46,311 nucleotides of DNA. Source: an uncultured Desulfovibrionaceae bacterium (GTDB taxonomy: Bacteria > Desulfobacterota > Desulfovibrionia > Desulfovibrionales > Desulfovibrionaceae). The notes below the pieces were generated by a model. It was not told the DNA's origin. It was given only the letters and a program-made list of their open reading frames with translations, and did not search any database. Shown here one piece after another: positions 6,940 through 16,158 of this stretch. The stretch is from assembly GCA_964367875.1 (NCBI GenBank), contig CAYJAL010000001.1, positions 1 through 46,311 on the forward strand, written 5' to 3'. The position numbers were made by a program, and so were the translations under genes. The stretch's first letter is position 1. Each line of letters begins with the position of its first letter.

Positions 6940-9396
6940 TTACCTCATAATTTCTTGCTGCCATCGCAAATGCCCATAATAAGCCTGTCCCAAAGAAATA
7001 CCGCCATCATTGGGGGGAATATCTTTAGCGCGTAATACAGTGAATCCATATTTCTGCAAGCTCATAGACAAAAGACTGTGAAAAGTGGTATTTTGCATAA
7101 CACCGCCGCAAAGCACCATATTTTGTATGGGCTTTGCGTATTCCTGCGACGCCTTATGTGCCATATAAGCACAATTTGCTGCCAAAGCATGATGAAAAAA
7201 GGCAGCAGCAGCGCCCACACCTTGGTCAGCATGCACACGTAAAGTTTGCACAAAAATTTCTTGCGCCCCCACTTGCCACAAATCGCCCTCTTTGCGTACA
7301 GCATTATACAGCGTGCTTACATCAAAAATAGATCCTGAGGTATAGAGGTTTTTATCTTGAGCATATTCAAGACGTATGGCCGCTTGCCCCTCATGGCTGG
7401 TCGTGTCACATAAGCCCAGAGCCGCAGAAACAGCATCAAAAAGGCGCCCTACGCTGGACGTTAAGGGTGAGCGAATGTTTTTTTCCAGCATTTCCAACAC
7501 GGCAGGCGCCATGGGGTATTTTTGCACCAGCTCCTGCTCAAAATCCGTTCCCTTAGCCAAGGCTATGGCCATGCGCCACGGCTCGCGTATGGCTTGCTCC
7601 CCTCCTGGCATAGCAAAGAGGCTAAGGCGCCCAAGCCTGCTATGGGTGGCACCATCTATGTAGAGCAATTCGCCGCCCCATATGGTGCCATCCAGTCCAT
7701 AGCCTGTACCATCAAGGCTTAAGGCTAGGCAAGGCTGCGGCATACTTTCTTGCTCGGCCAATACGGCATAGGCATGGGCAAAATGGTGCTGCAAAGGGTA
7801 TTTTACAATGCCGCGCTCTTGTGCCAGCTCCTCAGCCACACGCGTGGAAAGAAAATCAGGATGGGCATCATGCACAAGCACTTGCCCCTGCACTCGGAGG
7901 AGCATTTCTGTATGGCTTAGCACTTGACGGTAAAAATCTAAGCTTTCCAGATTTTGCAAATCCCCCACATGCTGCGATACAAAGGCTTTGCCTTGACGCG
8001 TAAGGCAAAGGGTATTTTTGAGCTCTGCCCCCATGGCCAATACGCAAGGCGCTGCATCGCCATCTATGGCTAAGCTTATGGGACGCGGCACATAACCTCT
8101 GGCGCGGCGCAAAAATACCGTATGCTCTTCTTCTCCTATACTGTGCACGGCGCATACAGAATCGTCATTGCGTACCAATATATCGCGATCATGCAACAAA
8201 AACACCTCTGCCACCGAGCATAAATTGGCTACAGCTTCCCTATTGCCTAGGCAAATGGGATTACCTGCCGCGTTGCCTGAAGTCATAACCAAGGCCAAGG
8301 GATATTGCGCCATGGCGTTTTTGCGCAAGTGCTGAAATAAAGCCATGTGCAAGGGGGTATAGGGTAAAACAAGGCCTATGGTATCTGTATCGGGAGCTAA
8401 TATAGAAGGTAATATATTCTTACGTTTACAGAGTACTATGGGCTTTTCTTTGCTGCATAAAAGAGCTTCTTCTGCCGGGCTAATATGCGCAAAAGCATGA
8501 GCACTTTGTATATTCTCCACCATAACCGCAAAGGGTTTATGAGGGCGAGATTTATATTTTCGCAAGCGCGCAATGACCTCTTCATTAAGGGCATCACAGG
8601 CCAAATGAAAACCACCAAGCCCTTTCACGGCGGCAATACGCCCTTGCTGTAAGGCGAGGCTGAGGGCGCGTAAGGCTTCTTGCCCTTTGCCCTGTTCTGC
8701 CACTGTATGCCATGCGGTATCCGGCAAATACCCAGCGCTATCTTTTTCCACATACCAAAGCTTTGGCCCGCACACAGGGCAAGCATTGGGCTGAGCATGG
8801 AAGCGCCTATTAAGAGGATCGTCATATTCCGCCTGACAGGCAGCACAGAGTGGAAAGCAGGCCATGGATGTGGTGGCTCTATCATAGGGAATACTATGGG
8901 TAATGGTATAGCGCGGCCCGCAATTGGTGCAATTGGTGAAGGGATACATATAGCGTCTATTATCTTCTTGCAGCATATCCTCTTCACATTGAGCGCACAT
9001 GGCCACATCAGAGCTTATAAGCACGCTATGGGCACCGGCTTCTGCCCCTTGGCTATGAATAATAATAAAGTTTTCTTCCTGCCCTTGCGGCGCCATGGGG
9101 CTTTGGGAAAAAGCACTGAGCTGCGCCAAAGGGGGAAGTTTATCTTGAATATCTTGGGCAAAGCTTTGCAATGCAGCTTCTGCCCCTTGCACCTCTATAT
9201 AGACTCCCTGCGCTGTATTGCATACATGCCCGGTGAGGCCATATTCCAAGGCTAAACGATAGATAAAAGGGCGAAATCCCACCCCTTGCACTTGGCCTTG
9301 AGCCACAATTTGCTTGCGGGCAAGGTTTGCATAAGAGGTATGCTCCGAATCTGCCTTCTCGGTGGAAGGTGTTGCTGTAAAAGATGTAGTAGACAT
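6940..9396 (-). CDS. hypF: [NiFe]-hydrogenase maturation carbamoyltransferase HypF
   Basis: 818-aa ORF with an acylphosphatase-like QGQVQGVGFRPFIYRLA. It has two zinc-finger pairs (CAQCEEDM...CTNCGPRYTI and CAACQAEYDDPLNRRFHAQPNACPVCGP), then YrdC-like and Kae1-like C-terminal domains. Confidence 0.95.
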   Translation of the reverse strand: MSTTSFTATPSTEKADSEHTSYANLARKQIVAQGQVQGVGFRPFIYRLALEYGLTGHVCNTAQGVYIEVQGAEAALQSFAQDIQDKLPPLAQLSAFSQSPMAPQGQEENFIIIHSQGAEAGAHSVLISSDVAMCAQCEEDMLQEDNRRYMYPFTNCTNCGPRYTITHSIPYDRATTSMACFPLCAACQAEYDDPLNRRFHAQPNACPVCGPKLWYVEKDSAGYLPDTAWHTVAEQGKGQEALRALSLALQQGRIAAVKGLGGFHLACDALNEEVIARLRKYKSRPHKPFAVMVENIQSAHAFAHISPAEEALLCSKEKPIVLCKRKNILPSILAPDTDTIGLVLPYTPLHMALFQHLRKNAMAQYPLALVMTSGNAAGNPICLGNREAVANLCSVAEVFLLHDRDILVRNDDSVCAVHSIGEEEHTVFLRRARGYVPRPISLAIDGDAAPCVLAMGAELKNTLCLTRQGKAFVSQHVGDLQNLESLDFYRQVLSHTEMLLRVQGQVLVHDAHPDFLSTRVAEELAQERGIVKYPLQHHFAHAYAVLAEQESMPQPCLALSLDGTGYGLDGTIWGGELLYIDGATHSRLGRLSLFAMPGGEQAIREPWRMAIALAKGTDFEQELVQKYPMAPAVLEMLEKNIRSPLTSSVGRLFDAVSAALGLCDTTSHEGQAAIRLEYAQDKNLYTSGSIFDVSTLYNAVRKEGDLWQVGAQEIFVQTLRVHADQGVGAAAAFFHHALAANCAYMAHKASQEYAKPIQNMVLCGGVMQNTTFHSLLSMSLQKYGFTVLRAKDIPPNDGGISLGQAYYGHLRWQQEIMR

Positions 9397-9559
9397 ATTT
9401 TAACCATAGCAAATCTTCTTCACAGCGTCTAACTATTCCCACGCCATTTTGCCCCTTGCTACGCTTTTAAAGCTGTATTCACACCTTGCCTAGAGCGGCA
9501 CAAGTGTTTATTGTTCTGTGTTGCACAAAAATTACATTTAAAAAGGCAAAGAAATATAT

Positions 9560-10444
9560 ATGGAAGAAAGATCTCAAGAAAAAACACAGCAAGAAGCCCC
9601 CTCCCACAGCTCGCGCATGGCCGACATTTTACAAGATAAGCAGCATAAAGAATTACTTTTTTACTTATCCATAGCCATTTTCTTTTTAGAACTCATCGTG
9701 GGCGGTGTGGCATTTTTTTATGGTATTATCCACGCCATACCCGGAGAAAATGGCGGGCCGCCTCAATTTCAATTCCCTTGGCTCACCTATGGTATAGCCG
9801 CCATAGTGGCACCGGCAGCCCTCTTACTTATAGTACATATGGCTGGCGTAGGGCTTTTCCGCTCCATGCAGAAAAAAAGCCCCGAAGAGGAAGAGGCTTG
9901 GCGCGAAAACCTGCCGCATCGCTTACAAAAAGTCTATACCATCATTCAAGGCGCCCCCACCATTGTGCTTTTCTTAGGGGTTATTTTATTGGGTGTGGCA
10001 CTTTTTTATGTGGACGGCGCCATTGGTATAGTTATGAGCATGGGCAGAGCACTAGCACCCTACTGGCCATGGATTTTGGGCGGAGGCCTTGGCGCCATTT
10101 GCTTTATTTACACAGGCAAAGCCTATTTTGCCTATCGCACCAAACGCATGGAACAAGAGTACGCCTTTAGGCGCGAAGTTTTTGAGCGCACTGGGCAAAT
10201 ACTTGTGGATAGAGGCACGGTGCAATTGCCACTAGCCTATGATGTGAGCCAAGCAGAACCCATGGCACTGCATGGCAATGCTGTTACTGTAGAGGCCTTA
10301 CCCACAGGGACAAAGCCAGCAGATACTGTGGCAAATACTGTAGATGCAGAACACATTGTGGACATTGTTGCGCCTGTTGTGGATAAAGACAATAACGCGC
10401 AAGATGTAGAAATTATAGAAGATAAAGAAGAAAAGAAAGCTTAA
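9560..10444 (+). CDS. Hypothetical polytopic membrane protein with acidic C-terminal tail
   Basis: 294-aa ORF with several hydrophobic helices (LLFYLSIAIFFLELIVGGVAFFYGII, IAAIVAPAALLLIVHMAGVGLF, TIVLFLGVILLGVALFYV). No recognisable family. Weak SD. Confidence 0.6.
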   Translation: MEERSQEKTQQEAPSHSSRMADILQDKQHKELLFYLSIAIFFLELIVGGVAFFYGIIHAIPGENGGPPQFQFPWLTYGIAAIVAPAALLLIVHMAGVGLFRSMQKKSPEEEEAWRENLPHRLQKVYTIIQGAPTIVLFLGVILLGVALFYVDGAIGIVMSMGRALAPYWPWILGGGLGAICFIYTGKAYFAYRTKRMEQEYAFRREVFERTGQILVDRGTVQLPLAYDVSQAEPMALHGNAVTVEALPTGTKPADTVANTVDAEHIVDIVAPVVDKDNNAQDVEIIEDKEEKKA

Positions 10445-10605
10445 GGAATATCCTGAAATCTTCCCGATTCAAGCGCGTCGACCTCAGAGATTCGGAAAGA
10501 TTTTTTAAGCAATAAGCGAGCGATGAAGCGGAGCGCAATTGCTCAGCAGCTTAAAAAACTTTCGCGAATCTTACTTTTCAAGTTAAATAAGATTGTCGAA
10601 ACCAC
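10445..10605. repeat. Palindromic intergenic element A (three copies of an approximately 15-nt motif giving mutually exclusive hairpins)
   Basis: gagattcggaaagattttttaagc (10487..10510) is inverted relative to gcttaaaaaactttcgcgaatctt (10549..10572). A third copy, aaatcttcccgattc (10457..10471), can pair with 10489..10503 (13/15). Confidence 0.6.
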
Positions 10606-11346
10606 TCATTGCATCCAAGGGCAAAAACTTATGGCCGCATGGCTTAGGTTTTCGCCCTTTTTTCGTGCATACAGGCATAGACTAGGCTCCACGCTTACAT
10701 CATGCGCCGCATCTTTTTGGGCTGCCAACAGCACCCAACGCGCCTTTTTTTCCGGCCTGCTATGCACCGCAAGCATGGAGCGTAGCCCAAAGCCGTGCTT
10801 TTGCAGGGCAAAGCTCATATCCAGCATATGCTCTGCTGCATAAATACTAAAAAACCACCCATGATGGCGTAGCAAGCGCTTAGCCGCGCCACAAAAAATA
10901 TCCGCCACACCGGCCTGCTCTTGTTGCAAAGCGTCTTGATGTAAGGCCAAAGCTCTGGAGGCATTCTTACTCACGCGACCCTTTTTATAATACGGCGGAT
11001 TAGCCATCACACAGGCAAGCCCCGTAAAGCTATGCTCAGCACACAGAGTAGCCAAGATTTTTTTTTGCGCCAAGTCCACCTGAGCAAAATGCAACATATC
11101 TTGCATGCCTTCTTCTTGACAAAGTTGTATGGCGCGCACCAAGGCTTGTTCTTGTACATCTATGCCCAGCGCCGTCACTTCCTTGCCATGCCCTTTTTGC
11201 AAGGCCTTGGCCAATACGCGCATGGCAAGAGCCTCCCCACAACCCAACTCGGCAAAGCGCGTGGTCTTGGGGGCGTGGCGGCGTACATAGGCTGCCAAAA
11301 GAAGAGCATCCGTACCGGAACGAAAAGAAGCATCATGAGCTGTCAT
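10606..11346 (-). CDS. SAM-dependent N6-adenine methyltransferase (TrmN6/YfiC-like)
   Basis: 246-aa ORF with the SAM-binding motif FAELGCGEALA and the catalytic motif VMANPPYY (NPPY). The tRNA substrate is an inference from family resemblance. Confidence 0.65.
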   Translation of the reverse strand: MTAHDASFRSGTDALLLAAYVRRHAPKTTRFAELGCGEALAMRVLAKALQKGHGKEVTALGIDVQEQALVRAIQLCQEEGMQDMLHFAQVDLAQKKILATLCAEHSFTGLACVMANPPYYKKGRVSKNASRALALHQDALQQEQAGVADIFCGAAKRLLRHHGWFFSIYAAEHMLDMSFALQKHGFGLRSMLAVHSRPEKKARWVLLAAQKDAAHDVSVEPSLCLYARKKGENLSHAAISFCPWMQ

Positions 11347-11467
11347 AAAAATCTCGCTTTATTTATGAACTTTTTTATCTCAAAACGAATATTGCTATAT
11401 AGAAAAACTATTGACAAAAAGAAATTTCTATATATTTTATTGCATATAAAATTTTAGGAGAATATCT

Positions 11468-11884
11468 ATGTCTTTTAGCGCACATACAAGCCAAATGAAA
11501 AAAATTTGTGCTCATTTGCATCCCCTTATGCAGGCAAATACCACAGAACATCATGTTCACGCTCTGTTAGAATATATTTGCGCTAACGAGGCTCTTTTTG
11601 AAGCGAGTATAAGCAAAAACAGCCCTTTTTATGCAGAGTTTTTCACCCATATTTGCGCAGATAGCGTTCACCCAGAATTATGCTTTGAACTTTTGGAATG
11701 CTTGATTATCTTTTGCCGTGAGCGCCAATTATGCACCCATACGCAAAATATTTCCGCCGCCGAAAAAGAGCTTTTAGATTTTTACGAACAAAGCCAGCAT
11801 TGGAAAGAAAGCGAGCATACCTTGGTATATGAATGGTATTGGCGCACTTTACCCGGGCAGTACGGGCACCCTATTCAAGCTTAA
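11468..11884 (+). CDS. Hypothetical His/Cys-rich protein
   Basis: 138-aa ORF preceded by AGGAG (ttaggagaatatct ATG). By direct count it has 12 His and 7 Cys. No family recognised. Confidence 0.55.
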   Translation: MSFSAHTSQMKKICAHLHPLMQANTTEHHVHALLEYICANEALFEASISKNSPFYAEFFTHICADSVHPELCFELLECLIIFCRERQLCTHTQNISAAEKELLDFYEQSQHWKESEHTLVYEWYWRTLPGQYGHPIQA

Positions 11885-11928
11885 CAGATTTTGAGCCAAG
11901 CTTTAAGCCAGCCCATTAAGCCAATCCA

Positions 11929-12819
11929 TTAAGCCGGACTGTTTTTGTGGCGCATAACCCACAAGCTTTGCAAAAGCACCGATACAATAATACACGCAAG
12001 CCCCAAATAAAAAGAATAATTAACCTCGCGAGCTTCGCCCATAAAGGCCATGGCTATGGCTATGCTATACACAGGTTCAAGGTTATAGCTTAAGTTTACC
12101 GTAAAAGCCGAAATATGCTGTAAGCTTTCAATAAGCAAATAGGTCATGCCCATGGTGCAGGCTATGGCCAAAACAAGCAGCATGGCGGTATCGCTGAGAC
12201 TTGGCACCAAATAGGTGATGGAAAAGTAATCAATATACCAGGGTAAAAGCAAGGTTAGGAAAGCCACACCGCCGCCCATTTGATATAAAAGCGTAGTGCC
12301 GGGCTTATAATCATGGCAAAGTTTACGTATACTTATGGTATATAAAGCAGAAAGCAGCGCCGCAATAACGCCTATGATAATGCCCAGTCTATAACGCACA
12401 TCAAAAGAAAAAATCAGCATTACCCCCAGCACCGTAAGCATACTATAGGCAAACTCACGCCAAGAAAAACGCGTTTTCATAAACACCGGCTCTAAAAGCG
12501 CGGTAAAAAAGCCCACTAAGGAAAAACACACTACCCCAATGGACACATTGGATAGCTTAATACTGCCGTAAAAAAAGAGCCAATGCAGACAAATAAGCAC
12601 ACCGGTAAAGGCGATTTTTGCCATATCTTTAAGGGGAAGTATTTCTAATTTTCCGCGCCAGAGCACAAAAATTCCAAAAACAGCAAAGGTAAAAAACATG
12701 CGATACCACACCAGCATGCCTTCGCTCATGGTGATAAGCTTACCCAAAATACCGGTAAAGCCCGCAAGAATAATAGAAATATGTAGCTGTGTAAAAGCTT
12801 TAGCTGTGGTGGAAAGCAT
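11929..12819 (-). CDS. EamA/DMT-family transporter
   Basis: 296-aa ORF with about 10 hydrophobic helices in two EamA-like halves. GAGGT SD upstream. Confidence 0.85.
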   Translation of the reverse strand: MLSTTAKAFTQLHISIILAGFTGILGKLITMSEGMLVWYRMFFTFAVFGIFVLWRGKLEILPLKDMAKIAFTGVLICLHWLFFYGSIKLSNVSIGVVCFSLVGFFTALLEPVFMKTRFSWREFAYSMLTVLGVMLIFSFDVRYRLGIIIGVIAALLSALYTISIRKLCHDYKPGTTLLYQMGGGVAFLTLLLPWYIDYFSITYLVPSLSDTAMLLVLAIACTMGMTYLLIESLQHISAFTVNLSYNLEPVYSIAIAMAFMGEAREVNYSFYLGLACIIVSVLLQSLWVMRHKNSPA

Positions 12820-12854
12820 GGAAGATACCTCTATGGATTATGAAAGCAGGGCTT

Positions 12855-13580
12855 TTAGTTTTGTTTATCAAATACAACTTGTTCTGACGAAGTTTCTTCT
12901 GATACCTCTTGTTCCGCCGCTGCTTTTTCTGAATCAACTTTTTCTTGGGCTGCCTTTTCTTGCGCTGCTTTCTCAGCCGCTATTTTTGCTGCTGCAGCCT
13001 TTTCTTTTAAATCTTTCTTAAAGGCTTCATAAGATTTTTCGGCATCTTCTCCCAAATAAGGATAAGCACGCGCGCCGCCTTCAAAAACCTTGGCATTCTC
13101 ATCTAAAATACGCAGAGAATACACCGTGCTTTTATATTTTTCACAATGCCCCATGACAGTGACTGCGCTAAAATAAGGCCCCACATGAACCAAACGTGTC
13201 ACCGCCGGCATATCGGTATTGTGTTTTAGGTCAAAAGTCATACCGCCGTCCACATCGCGACCATTTTTTCCTTGTAAATTTTGGTAAAAAGAAATGACCA
13301 TTTCGCGAAAGGGCACATTTTGGTGCGGCACAACCATAGCAGACAAAGCGCAAAGCCTTTGCGGATGACTAAGCACAACAAGACTTTCTTCTTTATACAC
13401 CGTCCATTGATGCGGTATATCTATGCTAAAATTCTCAAAAGATTGACCTTGTGCATGAGCGCCTAGATCTTTTGGAGCGCAATGCGCGCTTGCGCTCCAG
13501 ATAAAGCACAAGAGCAAGCCCATCGCCATAGCGCCAAAGGCTTGCTCCTTGCCATATAGTACTTTATTTTTCAGTAGCAT
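12855..13580 (-). CDS. Hypothetical secreted protein with Lys/Ala/Glu-rich C-terminal repeats
   Basis: 241-aa ORF with a signal-peptide-like MAMGLLLCFIWSASAHC. The C-terminal tail is KEKAAAAKIAAEKAAQEKAAQEKVDSEKAAAEQE. Its ATG overlaps the upstream gene's stop (TAATG at 13578..13582). Confidence 0.6.
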   Translation of the reverse strand: MLLKNKVLYGKEQAFGAMAMGLLLCFIWSASAHCAPKDLGAHAQGQSFENFSIDIPHQWTVYKEESLVVLSHPQRLCALSAMVVPHQNVPFREMVISFYQNLQGKNGRDVDGGMTFDLKHNTDMPAVTRLVHVGPYFSAVTVMGHCEKYKSTVYSLRILDENAKVFEGGARAYPYLGEDAEKSYEAFKKDLKEKAAAAKIAAEKAAQEKAAQEKVDSEKAAAEQEVSEETSSEQVVFDKQN

Positions 13581-15268
13581 TACTTATTTTTTTTATCTTG
13601 CATGGCTTCAGGCCAAAGCTCACCAGCCATTTCACGCAATTTAAATTTTTGAATTTTGCCACTACCTGTAAGCGGGTAAGCTTCTACCGTGGTTATATAG
13701 CGCGGCACTTTATACCAAGAAATTTTACCCCGGCAAAAATCGCGTACATCTTCCGGTAAAACCTCATGGCCAGGTTTTTCTATAATAAATGCACCTACTT
13801 CTTCGCCATATTTGTAGCTGGGTACACCCACAACCTGCACATCAAGCACGCCTTCCATGCCCATAAGATATTCTTCAATTTCACGCGGATACACATTTTC
13901 TCCGCCGCGAATAATCATATCCTTAATACGGCCTGTCACCACCACATAGCCATCTTCATCCATGGTGCCAAGGTCACCAGAATGCAGCCAACCATCGGCC
14001 GTGATGGCCTTGGCTGTTTCTTCGGGCATATTATAATAGCCCTTCATAACATTGTAGCCGCGGCAAAGAATTTCCCCTTGTTCACCGCGGGGCAATTCCT
14101 CGCAGGTATCAGGATCTGCCACAATAACTTCAATACCAGGCATGGCACAGCCCACGGTGGAGCAGCGCGAAGCTAAGGAATCCGTCACATCAGATTGCGT
14201 CATCACCGGCGAAGCTTCCGTTAAGCCATAGCAAATGGTAATATCTTTTAAATACATCTCTTCGGTAACTCGGCGCATGAGCGGCTCTGGGCAAACTGAA
14301 CCGGCCATAACACCTGTACGTAAAGAAGACATATCAAAACGCGAAAACATTTTATGCTCAAGGGCGGCAATGAACATGGTGGGCACGCCGTACACGGCGG
14401 TGCAGCGCTCACTTTCTATGGCTTCCAGCATATGCAAAGGATTAAAGTTTTCTAAAATAATCATGGCCGTACCATGGTTCACACAAGCAGCCACACCCAA
14501 CACACAGCCAAAGCAGTGAAATAAAGGAACTGTGAGGCAAAGGCGATCTTTTTCCGTAAAGCCTTGGTGCGCACCAATCCAATAGCCATTAAGGCCAATG
14601 CCCACATGGGTAAGCATCACACCCTTGGGAAAGCCCGTGGTGCCCGAGGTGTATTGCATATTGATAACATCCCAAGGGTCAAGCTGAGCCTGCCTGTCCT
14701 TATATTCTTCGTCTAAGGTCATGACACTCATGGCGCGAAGTTCCGGTATGGAATACATGCCACGATGTTTTTCATGCCCTAAAAAGAAAATACGGCGCAA
14801 ATGGGGGAAGGTGCTGGAAGCAAAATGGTCGCGGCTTTGCGTGCGTAATTCCGGCGCAATTTTATACAAAGTTTGTACAAAATCATGATCGCGCAAACCG
14901 TCCACAATAAAAAGGTTTTCGCATTCAGAATGCTTCAGCAAATATTCTAGCTCATGCTCGCGATAATTAGTATTTACCGTGATAAGAATGGCGCCAATTT
15001 TTGCCGTGGCAAATTGCAAGGCCACCCAATAAGGCACATTGCTGGCCCATACGGCCACTTTTTCGCCCTTTTTCACGCCAAGAGCCATGAGCCCCTTGGC
15101 CAATTCGTCTACGGTTTTTCCAAATTCTTTATAACTTTGGCGATACTCTCTATCCACATAGACCACAGCATCATTATCGGGAAAGCGTTCAATGGCTTCG
15201 TCTAAAAGCTGTCCTAGAGTTTTTTCCCGCAGTTCAAAAAGCTTTTGTCTTTCTGCTACTTTATTCAT
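13580..15268 (-). CDS. AMP-dependent synthetase/ligase (acyl-CoA synthetase family)
   Basis: 562-aa ORF with the AMP-binding signature YTSGTTGFPKGVMLTH, plus GYGLTE-like ICYGLTEASP and the C-terminal GKIQKFKLRE. Confidence 0.9.
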   Translation of the reverse strand: MNKVAERQKLFELREKTLGQLLDEAIERFPDNDAVVYVDREYRQSYKEFGKTVDELAKGLMALGVKKGEKVAVWASNVPYWVALQFATAKIGAILITVNTNYREHELEYLLKHSECENLFIVDGLRDHDFVQTLYKIAPELRTQSRDHFASSTFPHLRRIFFLGHEKHRGMYSIPELRAMSVMTLDEEYKDRQAQLDPWDVINMQYTSGTTGFPKGVMLTHVGIGLNGYWIGAHQGFTEKDRLCLTVPLFHCFGCVLGVAACVNHGTAMIILENFNPLHMLEAIESERCTAVYGVPTMFIAALEHKMFSRFDMSSLRTGVMAGSVCPEPLMRRVTEEMYLKDITICYGLTEASPVMTQSDVTDSLASRCSTVGCAMPGIEVIVADPDTCEELPRGEQGEILCRGYNVMKGYYNMPEETAKAITADGWLHSGDLGTMDEDGYVVVTGRIKDMIIRGGENVYPREIEEYLMGMEGVLDVQVVGVPSYKYGEEVGAFIIEKPGHEVLPEDVRDFCRGKISWYKVPRYITTVEAYPLTGSGKIQKFKLREMAGELWPEAMQDKKNK

Positions 15269-15280
15269 AGTAATTCCGCA

Positions 15281-15862
15281 CTAAGGATGATAGGTTACGG
15301 CCAAAATCTGCGCCGGAGCATCACCATGGGCGCCCACATAATGCGGCACGATGGAATTATAATAAATGCTTTGTCCTGCTTGTAAAATATGTGTTTCGCG
15401 GCCATACACCACTTTTAATTCACCGCTCAGCACTAACATAAATTCTTCCCCTTGGTGAGAAGAGGTTTTTTGTTCCTTAGCTTGCTCTTCGGCAGAAAGG
15501 GGCGCAATGGTAATATGAAAAGGCTCCATATTGCGATCCGTTTTGCCCTTACCCAAGGAAACATAAGAATAGCTCACATTTTGGGTGCGGCAATTTTGTA
15601 TGGCCACATCGGGATCTGTTTGGTCCAGACTAGAAATAATGGGATCGCTGCTATTTTCGTCATCCAAAAAAGTGCCCAAACGTAAACCAAGGGCATGCGC
15701 AATCTTTTGCATGGGGCCAATGCTGGGGTAAACATTATTTTCTTCAAGACCTTGCAAAAAACTTAAGCTTAAGCCTGTTTCTGCTGACAAAGTTTCCAAG
15801 CTTTTTTCACGAGCTTCGCGAAAAGCTTTAATTCTTTTACCCAATTTATTTTCTGTAGCCAT
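15281..15862 (-). CDS. XRE-family HTH regulator with C-terminal cupin domain
   Basis: The HTH is LGKRIKAFREAREKSLETLSAETGLSLSFLQGLEENN. The cupin part is HQGEEFMLVLSGELKVVYG...YYNSIVPH. I moved the start to ATG 15862 (MATENK), which has GGAGG 4 nt upstream. The longer ORF reaching 15961 has no SD. Confidence 0.85.
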   Translation of the reverse strand: MATENKLGKRIKAFREAREKSLETLSAETGLSLSFLQGLEENNVYPSIGPMQKIAHALGLRLGTFLDDENSSDPIISSLDQTDPDVAIQNCRTQNVSYSYVSLGKGKTDRNMEPFHITIAPLSAEEQAKEQKTSSHQGEEFMLVLSGELKVVYGRETHILQAGQSIYYNSIVPHYVGAHGDAPAQILAVTYHP

Positions 15863-16088
15863 TTGAACCTCCATGCTCAAGGGTAGTATTTGTAAGCGAG
15901 TAACACTACATGATGAACCATTATCAAGTGCTTCCAGAATAGGCAAGCTCTTGTAAGGCAAAGAACGCCATTTTTAAGCTTTTATTTTCTGCACACTGCC
16001 ACACTAAGCCCTTTACCCCAGCAAAAATACCCACAAAAGAACACTGGATAAACATCATAGAAAACAGTATGGTGCGTGAAGCAGTATT

Positions 16089-16116
16089 TTGACAGCGCCT
16101 AAAAAAGTCTTATCTA
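16089..16116 (+). promoter_or_regulatory. Candidate sigma70 promoter upstream of the epimerase gene
   Basis: TTGACA (16089..16094), a 16-nt spacer, then TATCTA (16111..16116). Found by eye only. Confidence 0.3.
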
Positions 16117-16158
16117 TGATTTCAAGGCGTATTTTTGCGCACATTTTGGAGGATTTGT

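Noticed and set aside
6900-6950. 16-codon mini-ORF (MVILNVNFIEEFYITS) in the AT-rich spacer
   Set aside because: No SD. It overlaps the hypF stop region. It is indistinguishable from chance in AT-rich DNA.
10523-10843. 106-aa plus-strand ORF
   Set aside because: It starts inside palindromic element A, and most of it is antisense to the NPPY methyltransferase gene. No SD.
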